Made by a program: the position numbers and the translations under genes. Positions 24,110 through 36,475 of a stretch of 64,000 nt of DNA are shown in pieces. Under the pieces are notes generated by a model. That model was given only the letters and a program-made list of their open reading frames with translations. It did not search any database and was not told where the DNA came from. The stretch lies in assembly GCA_965112735.1 (NCBI GenBank), contig OZ218952.1, positions 1,240,001-1,304,000 of the forward strand, read 5' to 3'. The DNA comes from Phaeosaccion multiseriatum (taxonomy: Eukaryota > Protista > Ochrophyta, other classes). Within the stretch, counting starts at the first letter, position 1. The number at the start of each line of letters is the position of its first letter.

Positions 24110-25949
24110 GCCACACCGATAAAATTAGTTGGAAAGCGTCGCACATTTTTCAAAATCTGCCGCGGGCGGGCGGAAAAAACCGTCGGGGCAAAAATAAACC
24201 GTAGACGGCCCTGTACACCCCCCAATGAGTGTCCCTCTTGCAGTATGAGTGTGTGTAGGCCTCTATTATGCTTACATTAGTCCAAATTAGGTCCAAACAG
24301 CCCATAGCAAAGCGCCTAAATCACCTTCTGACCGGCGGAGAAGGTGCCCTCCTTAACTTCCCCCTTTGCCTTTCCCTTCTGCTCTCTGACCCGCCCATTC
24401 ACACTCAACCCCGTCATCTTGGTCCCCTGGACGTCTCTGTACCAGCCCGGCATGCCTTCGGTCCTGGAGCCCACCCAGAGCCGCCCCCTCCTTCCTCTAA
24501 ATCGAGAACGCGATGATACATTGCGGCGCGCGAGACAGCCAAAAATACCTTTCTTCTTACCACGCCAAGCGCGAGGCGGCTTGGAGAAGACTCTTCTCGC
24601 CTTGATCTCCGTCTAAGACTGGCTTCAGCTCCTGTGCACCTCTGGCTGCTGCTGCTACCATGTCGGGACCGACCGAATCAAGCAAGGCGAAGAGTTGGCA
24701 AAACTTTTGGTGGGGCGGTATCGCGGCCATGCGCTGGTGTAATCCCCTCAACACCCTGTAGGATAAGAGGGAACGAGCGGAGCATCGTCAGCATCACAGA
24801 AGAGCACCATGACTCTGGTGGGATCAAACACTAAAGGACATACTTACCTTCATTGTCATGCAGCAGCGCCCCGTCCCAGGCACATTAAAAAAGCTGCGCG
24901 GTGAAACTTTTCGCATGGTGAATCGAATGACTTTGAAGCTATACAAAGCTTGGAGCTTACACAGATCCAAATCAGTGTCCACACAAGTCCACCTTCCCAG
25001 GCTCTGTGCCATCCCATCTTGGGATATATGTACTTCTGCCAACTCCTTCAGCACGCAGGCCGCTGCTTCCACCGTTGCCACTTCCTTTTGCTCCTGCTCT
25101 GGAATGTCGCGGCCGGTAGATGGGTAACATTGTGGAGTACTGAGCACTGGGGACTCCATCGTAGCCACGCTCAAACGGCCACATTTTCTGGTCAAGTGTT
25201 CAGGGGAAAATGGTTAATAGCGGCATCCAAAGAGGAGATCCCGTCGTACAACATCCTCTCGTCTTCAACAAGTATAACAAGGTACATGGTGTTGCAACTC
25301 TGTTACGATATAAGGCATCCCATTATGCCTTCAGTATTATCCAAACGTTCGGAATAAATATATTACTGAAGGCATATTGGGATGCCTATATCGTAACAAA
25401 AGGTGCGCTCGGTGAGTCCTATACCTTCACACCGGAGGATTGGTGCTACCGAAACGTTCGACCCCTAATACTGTCCCATACCAGTCTCCTGCTGCTTTCT
25501 TTTCGGGGGGGGGGGGGGAATAAAATTAATGACGGTTTCATCGTTGGCATAATATTACTCATGGGTTTGGCGGGGCGCGGGGTGATATCACAAGAGGAGA
25601 CCGGCTCATGTACCAGTACCAGTAGCGGCATGGCGACGATAAGACGTGTTAGCGTTGTGAAAGCGACCAGAATGCATTGTTTGGGTTTGCCCTGTAGCGA
25701 TAAACTGAGCTGCTAAGCCCCTCTTAATAAAGGTTCCCAAATTGAAATTCGAATTGATTACTCGTGAACCCTGTTTTCAGAGTCGGGGAGGTGTGCTTTC
25801 TTCTCTGCTCACACTGTACACGACCTAAGGCCCTCTCTCAGCCCACTCAGAGGCCTTTCTACGGTTTTTTCGCCTTCTACGGTTTATCGGCGGCCAAAAA
25901 ATTTCCGCCGCGGGCGGCGACGCTTTCCAACTAATTTTATCGGTGTGGC
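24110..25949. mobile_element. Non-autonomous DNA transposon with perfect 33-bp TIRs
   Basis: GCCACACCGATAAAATTAGTTGGAAAGCGTCGC at 24110-24142 and its exact reverse complement at 25917-25949. AAACCGT subterminal repeats occur at both ends. The interior is lower in GC with only broken ORFs. Confidence 0.88.
25301..25398. repeat. 98-bp hairpin with ~35-bp stem and TGTTAC...GTAACA ends
   Basis: tgttacgatataaggcatcccattatgccttcagta ... tactgaaggcatattgggatgcctatatcgtaaca (one indel, one mismatch). Confidence 0.88.
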
Positions 25950-26286
25950 GACGCCTGGAGCCGACTGCCTGCCTGCCTGCCTCCCTGCCTCCCAGCCACC
26001 CTCCCTGCCTCCCTGCCTCCCTCCCTCCCTCCCTGCCTGCCTCCCTCCCTCCCTCCCTCCCTCCCTCCCTCCCACCCTCCCTGCCTCCCTGCCTCCCTCC
26101 CTCCCTCCCTCCCTTCGACCCTGGACAAGATTACGGTGTGCGTCCCGGCCGTAATCAGTAATCAGCCCTCCCCCTCTCCCTCCCTCCCTCCATCCCTCCC
26201 TCCCTCCCTCCCTCCTTGCCTTCGACCCTGGACAAGATGGTCGGGAGCGGCTGTAGGCCGCTCGGCCTAAGATCTTAGGGAGAAGG

Positions 26287-26318
<32 letters not shown>

Positions 26319-26354
26319 AAAAAAGAAAAAAAGGCAAAAGGGGATTTGAACCTG

Positions 26355-26426
26355 AGTGTCGACCCGGGATCGAGCCGGGGACTAATCGAGCTGCAATCGA
26401 TCACTCTGCCACTGAGTTACCGACAC
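26355..26426 (-). tRNA. tRNA-Cys(GCA) with non-canonical T-loop (C54)
   Basis: Folds as acceptor GTGTCGG/TCGACAC, D-stem ACTC/GAGT, anticodon stem ATCGA/TCGAT with loop TT-GCA-GC, T-stem CCCGG/CCGGG with loop CTCGATC, and U73 discriminator. T-runs lie downstream. Confidence 0.85.
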
Positions 26427-27107
26427 ACGTGATGAGATAACATTGAAAATTATGGGTGTTTGAAGTTAGAACTAGAGTTTTTCATGTCGAGTTTTGAAGC
26501 CATGAGTACCACCCTATGTGTGGAGTCGCCAACACACACACACACACAAGAAAGGACAACCAACAGATCGGGGATCGTACGTGCTTCGATCTGCGACTGA
26601 TCATGCATACAAACGGAGCGTCCCCCACATGTCGACGATGACCCGGATTCCAACACGTGTACCACCTTTGAGACTCCACAGCGATGAGCCACCCTAGCTA
26701 TATGTATGGAGTCGCCAACACACACACAGGGGATCGCACGTGCTTCGATGTAATTACCAACTCTCCTTGTCTCCATCCACCACCTGCGACTAATGATGCA
26801 GCAGTTGGAGACACAGAGGGGGGGCGAGGGGGGCGAGGAGGCCTCTCTGTGCCTGAGTGTGCAGTTTGGACACACTGGACTGTTTGGAGAGTTCACAGGC
26901 TGGCTCGCTCTCGCTCTCTCCCTCGCGGACTCGCTCACAGCAGGAGGAGAGAGGGGAGGAGAAGGGTTGCTTAAGGTGTGTCAGCTGCGTCAGTCACATA
27001 TGGCATCGTCGTTCCCGTACTGGCTGTATCACCAGCGTGTGTGATGCAAAAGCCTAGAGAGCCGCCTTGACACAAGCAGTGCTTTGCTTTGTTTTGCTTC
27101 GCCTCAC

Positions 27108-28330
27108 TTTGCTTCGCTCGATGCATGCATGCTCTGGCCCTAGCAACAACGCGTCGACAACTGCTTCTCCATCCCCTGCCGTCCGTCCCCTGCCGTCCAT
27201 CCCCTCCTCCATCCACTGCCCTCCATCCCCTGCCGTCCCTCCCCTCCATCCCCTCCATCCACTGCCGTCCATCCATCCCCTCCATCCACTGCCCTCCATC
27301 CATCCCCTCCATCCACTGCCGTCCATCCCCCTCCATCCACTGCCGTCCATCCACTGCCGTCCATCCCCTCCATCCACTGCCGTCCATCCCCTCCGCCATC
27401 CACTGCCGTCCACCCCCCTCCATCCACTGCCATCCATCCCCTCCATCCACTGCCGTCCATCCCCTCCTCCATCCACTGCCGTCCATCCCCTGCCGTCCAT
27501 CCCCTCCATCCCCTCCATCCCCTCCATCCACTGCCGTCCATCCCCCTCCATCCACTGCCGTCCATCCCCTGCCATCCATCCCCTCCATCCCTCCATCCAC
27601 TGCCATCCATCCCCTCCGCCTACTGCCATCCATCCCCTCCATCCACTGCCATCCATCCCCTTCGCCCACTGCCGTCCATCCACTGCCGTCCATCCCCTCC
27701 ATCCCCTCCATCCACTGCCATCCATCCCCTCCGCCATCCACTGCCATCCATCCCCTCCAACCCCTGCCGTCCACCCCCCTCCATCCACTGCCGTCCATCC
27801 ACTGCCGTCCATCCCCTCCATCCACTGCCATCCATCCCCTCCTCCATCCACTGCCATCCATCCACTGCCGTCCATCCACTGCCCTCCATCCCCTCCATCC
27901 ACTGCCATCCATCCCCTCCATCCACTGCCGTCCATCCCCTCCATCCACTGCCATCCATCCCCTCCGCCATCCACTGCCGTCCACCCCCCTCCATCCACTG
28001 CCGTCCATCACCCTCCATCCACTGCCGTCCATCCCCCTCCATGCACTGCCGTCCATCCCCTCCGCCCACTGCCATCCATCCCCTCAATCCACTGCCGTCC
28101 ATCCCCTCCGCCATCCACTGCCGTCCATCCCCTCCATCCCCTGCCATCCATCCGCCCACTGCCCTCTGCCGTCCATCCCCTCCATCTCCTGCCATCCATC
28201 CGCCCACTGCCCTCTGCCGTCCATCCCCTCCGCCATCCACTGCCGTCCATCCCCTCCGCCCACTGCCCACTGCCGTCCATCCCCTCCGCCATCCACTGCC
28301 GTCCATCCCCTCCGCCATCCACTGCCATCC
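27108..28330 (+). repeat. ~23-bp minisatellite (CCATCCACTGCCGTCCATCCCCT)n, ~1.2 kb
   Basis: Direct reading. Confidence 0.95.
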
Positions 28331-28685
28331 AGCCTCTTTTTGCTACTCCTCCCTCAGCTTCCCGCCTGGCTGGCTGCTTCGCAGTGGCTGGAGCACGATT
28401 CCATCGCTCCACGTACTTGGCTGAGGGACGTGTGGGTGGTGGAATCAGGTAGGCTTCCAACCTTTCCACACGGGGGCTCCCAAGCACGCTTGCTGGGGGT
28501 CGAGTTTTGAAGCAATCCCAAAAAGACTAGCTACATGCGATTTTCAGAGGGTGCACCTTACTGAGCCACACACCTTGATTATAGTGTTCGTGTTAGTCGC
28601 TTTTTGTTTTCTTTCTTGCAAGCTCGAAGCATTAGAGGCGCGCCGCCGTCAAAACCCTCTCAAGTCTTTTTCCGTCAGCTAAGAC

Positions 28686-31465
28686 TCAACTCCTGCGCCG
28701 TCTCGGGCAGGCCCTGACGTCCGCCAGCCGCTTTAGGGCGTCCTTGCAGGCCGTGTACTTTGCCACCGCCGCTGCCTCGTTGGCACGCACCATGGCTCCC
28801 GGGTCCGACTCGAGCCCCACCAGCTGCGGGAAGAAAAGCTCCTGCACGAGCTTGCCTCCGGCGACGAATAGTCTGCTCGAAAGAGAGAGAGTCGTGACCC
28901 CGACCGCCATGGCTAAACTCCCCATCGCCACCGTTAGGGGTGCGTTGCCGCGATGCGCTCGTTGCAGCTGCCACCACCCCCCCGCGGCTTTCATGACGGA
29001 CCTGCACGCCGTATTCCCCTTCTTCAGTCCCTTCAACTCGGTGCCGGACAACGTCCGGCCGGGCGTGTGCACGACGGTGCGGACCACCGCCGTGTACGCC
29101 TCCTCCACACTGGACGTGCGCCTGCCGCTGTCAAAGGGGAAGGCGTCACGGTACAGCCCTAGGGCCCTCACACCCTCCGGTGCGAGGACAAACATGAATG
29201 TCTGAATCAGCAATTCCGCGCTGGCCGCTGGGTGAGGGGGAGGGGGGGTAGGTAGTGCAGGGGTGACAGGGGTGAAGAAAGCGGAGCATTGCAGAGCACC
29301 GCACTCCAACCATGACTCACCCGTCTTGGCCAGGTTGCCTTCCAGCTCGCCCGCCCACGTGGTGTACAACTTGGAGTTGCTCAGCGCGAGGACCTTTGCC
29401 TTCATCTCCGGCGACACGTCAGGGTCCGCCTCCATCGCATCAGCCACAACACTTCTGCGGGTGTGGTGCAAGCAAGAGCAGCAGGAATTGATGAGCATGT
29501 AGCTAACGGGAGAAGCATAGCGACAGGTCCTCACTTGATTGCCGCGTACTGAGTCGTCGTAAAGTGTGCCATGGCGGCAAGGCGGGGCACCTGCACCTCG
29601 GAGACGCACTGCGCAATGCCGGTCATGACCAGGACAAGAAAGCGGGTGTTGAGCTCGAGGAACCTGTCAAGCGGGTGCTCTCCCCGTGGCAATTCGCTTT
29701 GGAGCGCCCAATCATGGAGCTCCGGGTCCGGCTGGCCCACCCGTGTATTGTTGACATTTTGCATCTGGCAGTCTTCAACAATGCACTTGCGGTCATGCAA
29801 GAGGAGGGCTTCTCTTGCTGCTGCCGCTGTCCCGGGGGGGCTGTCCGCTTCGGCAGGGTAGGCGTCGTTGGAGCTTTCGTCAGGTCGCCCAAGGAGCGCA
29901 AAAGCGAGCTCCTTTGCCGCAGTCTGACCCTTCTTGGCCACGTCCCTACACGGTATACGTGCATCGTGCCACGTATACATCCTGCAGGCCAGGCGGGGAA
30001 GGCGGGTTAATGGTGATGCGACCCAAAACCCAAAGCCTTCCTTTTGAGATGCCCACCTACCTGCCCAACAACTTGTCGTGGCGCTTCCCGTGGTCACACT
30101 CTTGACGGGTCAGCATGCCCATGGCGGAGGGGAGCACCATCGCCCACAGGACGATGAATCGGCCATCATACCCGTCCGCCTGTTGGAGCAGTAGCTCCCT
30201 CTGGTCCCTCCCACACACCCTCACACACCGAGACGCCATCCTCCCTGCTCTATTGAGCTCCTCGACCATCATGCCGCCATGCTCGACTATGCAAAAGCTG
30301 CCACCGCCGTAAGACTCCAAGGCATGTGTGAGCCCCTGTCTGTGTATTTTGGAGGGGGCAGCGGTCAATGGACATGACGGACCCCGTACACCACCATGTC
30401 GCTTGTAGCTACGCACTCACTTCAGGGTCATGTCGTTTCCGAACGTCTCCGTCTGTCTCTTGTCCACTTGCTTGCGGTAGCGCCGAGCTGCAGGGTAGGA
30501 CTGCGCGTGTGCCTCCACGAATACCAAGGCATTCCGGACGTGGTTGGCAAGGAAAGTGCTCTTGCCGCCGCCTATAGGCGCAGCCATGAGAACCACACTC
30601 GTGGGCACAAACGTTTCCGTGTCGCCACACACATGCCCGTTTCCATTCTGTGCAAGGGACGACATGGGTGAGGCAGTAGGCAAAGCGACTTACTCGCTCG
30701 GGGGGGGGGCTACCCAACGCACCTCCCATCGAATCCCCCGTGCACGCCACTGTGGGCTCGGAGTGTTGGGGGCAGGGGGGGCTCTCCTTTTCCCGCCATC
30801 GCGGTCATGGGCGGTGGCGGAGCTGCTGCTGCTGGCGGAGCTGCTGCTGCTGGCGGAGCTGCTGCTGCTGTCCTTCTTCTTCTTCTTGTTCACATGCTTG
30901 CTCTCCTCCTCCCGCGGACCCACCAAGTCGCCCACGTTGGTGGCTAGCACGCCCGTGGAAAGGGTGAGCAGGCACTGCATCATCATCTCGGGCTGGGACC
31001 CATAGCCGGACTTGAGACCAGAACACGACAGAAACTTGGTGCAGGCCCTCATGCCGATGATAGCCTTGGCTCGCTGTGACCCGGGCTTGCACTTCGCCAG
31101 GCCGTTACTGGTACAACAAGACAAGACGAGGAGCAGGACGAGTCATGGGAATCAGAAGAAAGAAACTCGCGGGGACTTCAGAAGAAACGACTCACGTCAT
31201 TGCGCCCAGAGGCTTGTCCTGGCCTCCAAACTCCATGCAAGATGCGGTTGTTTTTGCGCTGTACCAGCAGGCAACCGGCTTGTCCAAGTTTGGCAGTGGG
31301 TCTGCCATCCTCCCTGCGCAGCCCAGGGGTGAGTGGGGCAGGCAGCGATGTGGCGATGCCTGCGATTGCGGTGTTGCGGTGGTGCAGTGAAGCGGTGGGA
31401 AAGGGAAGGAGAGAAGCAAGGGAGGAACGAGAGGAAGGCAAAATCTCGGCGGTACTATCCAACAC
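28686..31465 (-). CDS. Multi-exon P-loop NTPase, DUF3987/YfjI-like; 5' end uncertain
   Basis: Walker A VVLMAAPIGGGKST, then across an intron NDMTL..GLTHAL, SFCIVEHG (degenerate Walker B), RELLLQQADG and DKLLGR. The stops between ORFs fall inside GT-AG introns. Confidence 0.45.
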
Positions 31466-31599
31466 AGAATCCCATCTCTTCTCCCTTGTGGAAGGTATAT
31501 CCGGCGGCCTTTTTCCTGCGTGTGCGTTGCCGTGGTGCTGGAGCTGGAGAGATCTTCATCATAATTTATAATTTAGGTGCGTAGGGGGGGGGTCTGTAC

Positions 31600-33110
31600 G
31601 CAATGCGTCCAGACCCGGGTCTGGACGGAGCAAAAAGAGGTTCACGTGTTGGACATACGCAGAATCACAGGACCACCAGCACCCGCGTCGCGTCGTTGCA
31701 GAAGCGGGTATCATCGGTGACACATCATCACGTGCTGCTATTTTTGCTGCTGCTGTAGCTGCTGCTCCTGCTGCTGCTTTTCCTACAGTTCCTCCTGCGA
31801 AGAAAGAGAGAGGGCGAGGACGTCCCCGAGGGAGCAAGGACACTTCCGCCAAAATTCTAGCAAAGAAGGCTGCTGGGCCAGTAAAGAGAGGGCGAGGAAG
31901 CAAGAGCGCGAAGGGAAGTGTAAAGCCAGGCCCTGTACGCCAGGAAACGGTGGACAGAAATCGGGGTAATTGGGCCAAGATGGGATTTGTAGTTCCAGAC
32001 AGCTTTGAGGAGGGAAAGGTCACAGTTCTGGGCTCTCCACGAAGACGTCTTCTCCGCCCCTCCCACGCGCCCAAGCAGCTGCTGCTTGCGCCAAGGAAGC
32101 ATCAGCAAGAGGGACACCGGCAGATAGCTCAGTAGGAGAGGGAACAGCTGCGGCTGGCGCCAAGGGAGGGCAGGCGTCTGCAGGAGAGGCATCGCGTCAC
32201 GCAGCTCGTCATGCAGGTGGGTGGGTGAGAGAGAGAGAGTCCTTCGGGGAGGGGAGGGAGCATAGAAGAGGAGCATGGGAAGAGAGGCATAGGAGAAAGT
32301 GGAAGATGCCCGTAGGAGTTGATGTGCTCCCTCTCTCCCTCCCCCCTCCGTCCCTCCGTCCCTCCAGCAGAAAGCTCCGCAGAGGCAGCTGCCGAGACAG
32401 CAGCAGCAGCAGCATCTCTACGAGGAGGCATCACATCACGCCGCTCGTCATGTCATGCAGGTGGGTGGGTGAGAGAGGGAGAGTCCTTTGGGGAGGGGAG
32501 GGAGCATAGAAGAGGAGCATGGGAAGAGAGGCATAGGAGAGAAATACAAGACGCCCGTAGGAATTGATGGAGTGAGGGAGTCCTCGGTGGACAGAGGTGC
32601 CGCAGCCGGGCGACGACCAGAGAGGGGAGAGTTGTTAGCGAATTGTGCGATCGACTTTGCCCGCTGGGCTTGCGTCTGGAACAAGGACTCGGCAAGTGAA
32701 GCAACGTTTTCCGCAAGACGAGTGCACATCTGCGCCAGTACCACGACCTACTCAAGAGGAGGATGAACACGAAGGCCACTATGAAGCCGATTCTTCAACA
32801 AAGGGGCCAGCCTGACAACAGACTTGAGGCGACCGGCGCCTGGGGAGGAGTTCGCCAGCTCCCTCTTAGAGCCACAGCCGACGTGCCCATCGCCAGGACA
32901 GCTCGAGCAGCAGAGGCGGCTGAGAGAGGAGCCCATGCCTTTGGTAGCAGCAACTGCTGCGGCTGCGGCTGCGAGTAGCGCCGAGGCATGCACCCTGTGG
33001 GAGCAAGCCCCCTCCCGCCTAAATAGCGGTGCTGGTTGTCAACCGGCCACACTTCGCGCTAAATCACAGCGGAAGAGGGCCTGTAAGATGTGCGACAAGT
33101 GTGGGCATTA
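31600..33110 (+). pseudogene. Decayed ORF with AT-hook and CxxC..GH knuckle remnant
   Basis: KKERGRGRPRGSK at ~31800-31838 and KRACKMCDKCGH* at ~33073-33111, with stops between. A ~110-bp direct duplication lies at ~32197-32310 and ~32436-32555. Confidence 0.35.
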
Positions 33111-33572
33111 GCAGGAGGCTCGGAGGGGTGGCGTGGGCGTGCACACAGGGAAGGAGGAGAAGACTTGTTGCATACCGACAAGCGGACCAGGAAGCGCAAT
33201 CGCAATGGCGAGCTCATTCCAGAGACCCAGTCCGCCAGCAAGATGTATGGTGGGCCCTGTGAGTGTGTATTCTGCAGTTCATTCGCAGCTTCTAAGCCAT
33301 AGAAAGGCCAATACAGGGCCAATAAAGGGGGGCAAAGTCTCTTCGCTTATTGTAATCCACTAGCCAGTCGCCAGTTGTGGTGGTGTAATTTGAATTTAAT
33401 TAGCTGGCGCCAGTGGCCCGAAATTAATGCCCCCTTCCCCCTCCTCAAGAGGGTCAACGCTGCTTGAAGGATTTCTCATGGCAGGAAGGTGGCAGGGCTG
33501 GTATTAGCAGCAGCAGTCAAGCAAAGAGAGGTACATTTCAAATCACCACACCACCAGCAGCACCAGAGACAA

Positions 33573-34081
33573 ATGGAGGAGAATCAAGAAGCCGGAAAAG
33601 GGGGGGAAAAGGTTAACTGGATATCAGTGGAAAGGCCGCAGGAGCGCACGACGACGATGACAGTGCCAGTGACGCAAGCCGGTGCTGCCTCTGGCACATG
33701 CAGCCGCTGCGACCGCTTCGAAAACTGGCACTCAAGCGAGAGTGAAGGCTGAGCTTAGTCAAGCATGCACAAGCAGCAGGAGAAGAGTGGCGGCGGCGGC
33801 AGAGCGGGACCGCGTGAGGCCAGTAACGACCGAGGACCTCGCACACCTCTCCCTCTGCAGCTACACGAGCCAGGACTACACCAGCCAAGGCTATAGCAGC
33901 AACGGTCGCCCCGGCTCGCCCAGGAAGGAGCCCCTCACGCCCCGAGCGTACCTCAGGAGTAAGCACGGATCGGGTAAGGGTAAGGGTGTGTGGAAGGGGC
34001 GTGCATGTGTGGGTGCGTGCGGGCGTGCGTGCGGGGGCGCATGTGGTCACAGCAGGAGGAATAGCGGCAGTACCGTGGGTC

Positions 34082-34136
<55 letters not shown>

Positions 34137-35425
34137 TGACCGTTCCTTTCCTCTTGGTACGGCCTCACATACTTCCCCAAATCATCTTCTTTGTTTGCTT
34201 TGTTGGTATGTTTCGTGTATTTATCCCCTCGCTCACTCACTGTCGTCTGAACTAAACACTGCACCGACCGACCTACCAACCGACTCAGCAGCCGTCTGCA
34301 AGACAGCACCGCTTACCGACACGGCCTCTAGGATTGCAGGGGCCTGTGCCCACCAAGAAAGCTAACCCCACCATGCTCACACATACACTGGCCGAGCTGC
34401 ACGCGAGGAGGGACGGCAAGCTGCTGCTGGCAATGGTGGGGCTGCCGGCGAGGGGCAAGACGTTCATCGCCAACAGCATCACACGCCACTTGGTGAGTGG
34501 AGGCCGTGTTGTTGTCTTGTGTGTTTGTCTCGAGTTGGGCTCGTCTTTGTCTCGTGTTTGTCTTGCCCTCTTCGCTATGCTCACTCCCTCACTCGCTCAC
34601 TCACTCACTCCCTCCCTCACCCACCCACTCACTCACGCACCGCAACCCCCCAGGCTTGGCTGGGCTACAAGGTCAAAGGGCTACTACCGCCGGAAGGTCA
34701 AAGGGCAGGTAGCCTCAGCGGACCTCTTCGACCCTGGTGAGTGAGTGAGGGAGTGAGTCTGTTACATTGACTCCATTTTTGGTTTCAAAACTGAAAACTG
34801 AAAACTGAGTGAGTCTGTTCGGCCCTGGTGGGTGAGTGGCTGAATGAGTGAGTCCATTGACAGGGTGAGGTACAGCCTGTTGGGAGAGACAGAGGAGAGA
34901 AGAGAGAGACAAAAGAGAGGTAAAGTAGAGGAGACTGACAATGAAACGAGAGTTCGCTCCCTCCCGAAGGATTGACGTCAGATGGTGCCAAGGTTGTGCG
35001 TTCACACAGGGGGACTGTCGGCCAAAGGGGTAAAGCGCTCCTCGCACCCTATGGCACCCTATGGCACCCTAGAGGAGCTTCCCAAGCAGCGCATTAGTAC
35101 TCATATTCAGATCCTTAGCTCCACGCGCTCATCTCCTCTCTCCACTGTCGTTTCACTGTCGTTTCACTGGCGTTACACTGGCGTTACCTGCTGCCCCCGC
35201 CCCCCCTTGTGCCTTGCCCCTCGCTATGCGCAGACAATCCGGAGGGCAAGAGGTTCCGAGACAAGTGCGCGGAGCTCGCCCTTCACGACGCGCTGCAGGT
35301 GCATGACGAGAGGCTCTGCTATACCCAATTAGGCCCAACTTGGCCAAGCTAGAGGCCCAATGGTCCTCTTGCATTGCGCCCTCACGGGTCCACCCCCTTG
35401 GCAGCCCCGTCTCTCTCTCTTTGTC

Positions 35426-35482
<57 letters not shown>

Positions 35483-36424
35483 CAGCCCCCCATTCCCTCC
35501 TCTTGTCCCTCTTGGGTACCCTATGCAGCTGACTGACACTGATCCGCGATCATTCTACGCCCTGTCTACACCCATTGGTCGTACGGCCACTCGGCTCACA
35601 GGCCCTGCATGCAGACGAACTAGACATCGCGATTTTCGATGCGACGAACACAACGAAGAGCCGCAGAGCCTGGCTAAGAGATTCCATCGAGCTCAGCAAC
35701 AAAACCTTCAAGGAGGAGCTCGGGCTGCTGGCCACCGGGGAGCTGCAGACCGGTCACAAGGGTAGGGAGGAGGAGGGGGAGGAGGACAAGGAGAAGGCTA
35801 AGAAGGAGGGGGAGACGGTGGTCAAGGAGGGGGGGGGGAGGGAGGAAGGGAGTGGCGGCGGTGGAGGCGTTACACAAGGCGCTGAGGAAGGAGAAGAGCC
35901 TTTCTTGGCCGCCAAAAATGCGGCCAGGAAAATTGTGGCCGGGGTGCCGGGGGAGGAGGAGGAGGAGAAGGAGGAGGAGAAGGAGGAGGCGGCCGCGGAC
36001 AAGGCGAACGGAGAGGGAGAGGGAGAGGGGGAGGCTGGGGGAGCGCAGCTGCGGAAGAAGCGAAGCGGCATTGCCGGCAAGCTCTGGGCTCGCAAGGACC
36101 CGCTACCTGGTGTCGGGGCCGACAAGGGACAGCCTCCCAAGACGGAGGACCAACTGGCGGACATGCGCCAGTCGCGGCTCAGTCGCCTTTTGAGCAACGT
36201 GGAGCGCTGGAAGGAGGAGCAGAACGCTGCGTCTATGGTGCTCCTCGTGTTCTTGGAGAGCGTGTGCGATGACGAAGAGAAGGTGAGACACACACGCACA
36301 CACACACGGACACGCACACACACACGCACATACACACACAGAGAGAGAGACACGGACACGCACACGCACGCACACACGCACGCACACATGCACACACACA
36401 CACACATGTACAAGCACGCACATA

Positions 36425-36475
<51 letters not shown>

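Larger units (their letters stand above)
23855..25964. mobile_element. MITE with TCGGCTCCAGGCG TIRs, GAAGCC subterminal repeats and possible 6-bp TSD (CTGCCT), carrying a nested element
   Basis: TCGGCTCCAGGCG at 23855 and CGCCTGGAGCCGA at 25952-25964. CTGCCT lies on both flanks, though the target is a repeat. Confidence 0.7.

Noticed and set aside
24268-25716. Transposase within the 33-bp-TIR element
   Set aside because: Only short broken ORFs are present, with no recognisable catalytic motifs.
18737-26169. CRISPR-like reading of the recurring hairpin motif
   Set aside because: The intervening sequences are 0.8-5 kb of satellite rather than unique short spacers, there are no cas genes, and the context is eukaryotic.
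26971-28510. ORFs of 300-470 aa on both strands
   Set aside because: They are products of the 23-bp minisatellite.
33355-33420. Short imperfect inverted repeat (ccact..gccag / ctggc..agtgg) as an element terminus
   Set aside because: It is too short and no partner end was found in the window.
34726-34737. TTCGACCCTGG match to the satellite motif
   Set aside because: It encodes FDP at a PFKFB exon end and is a short chance match.
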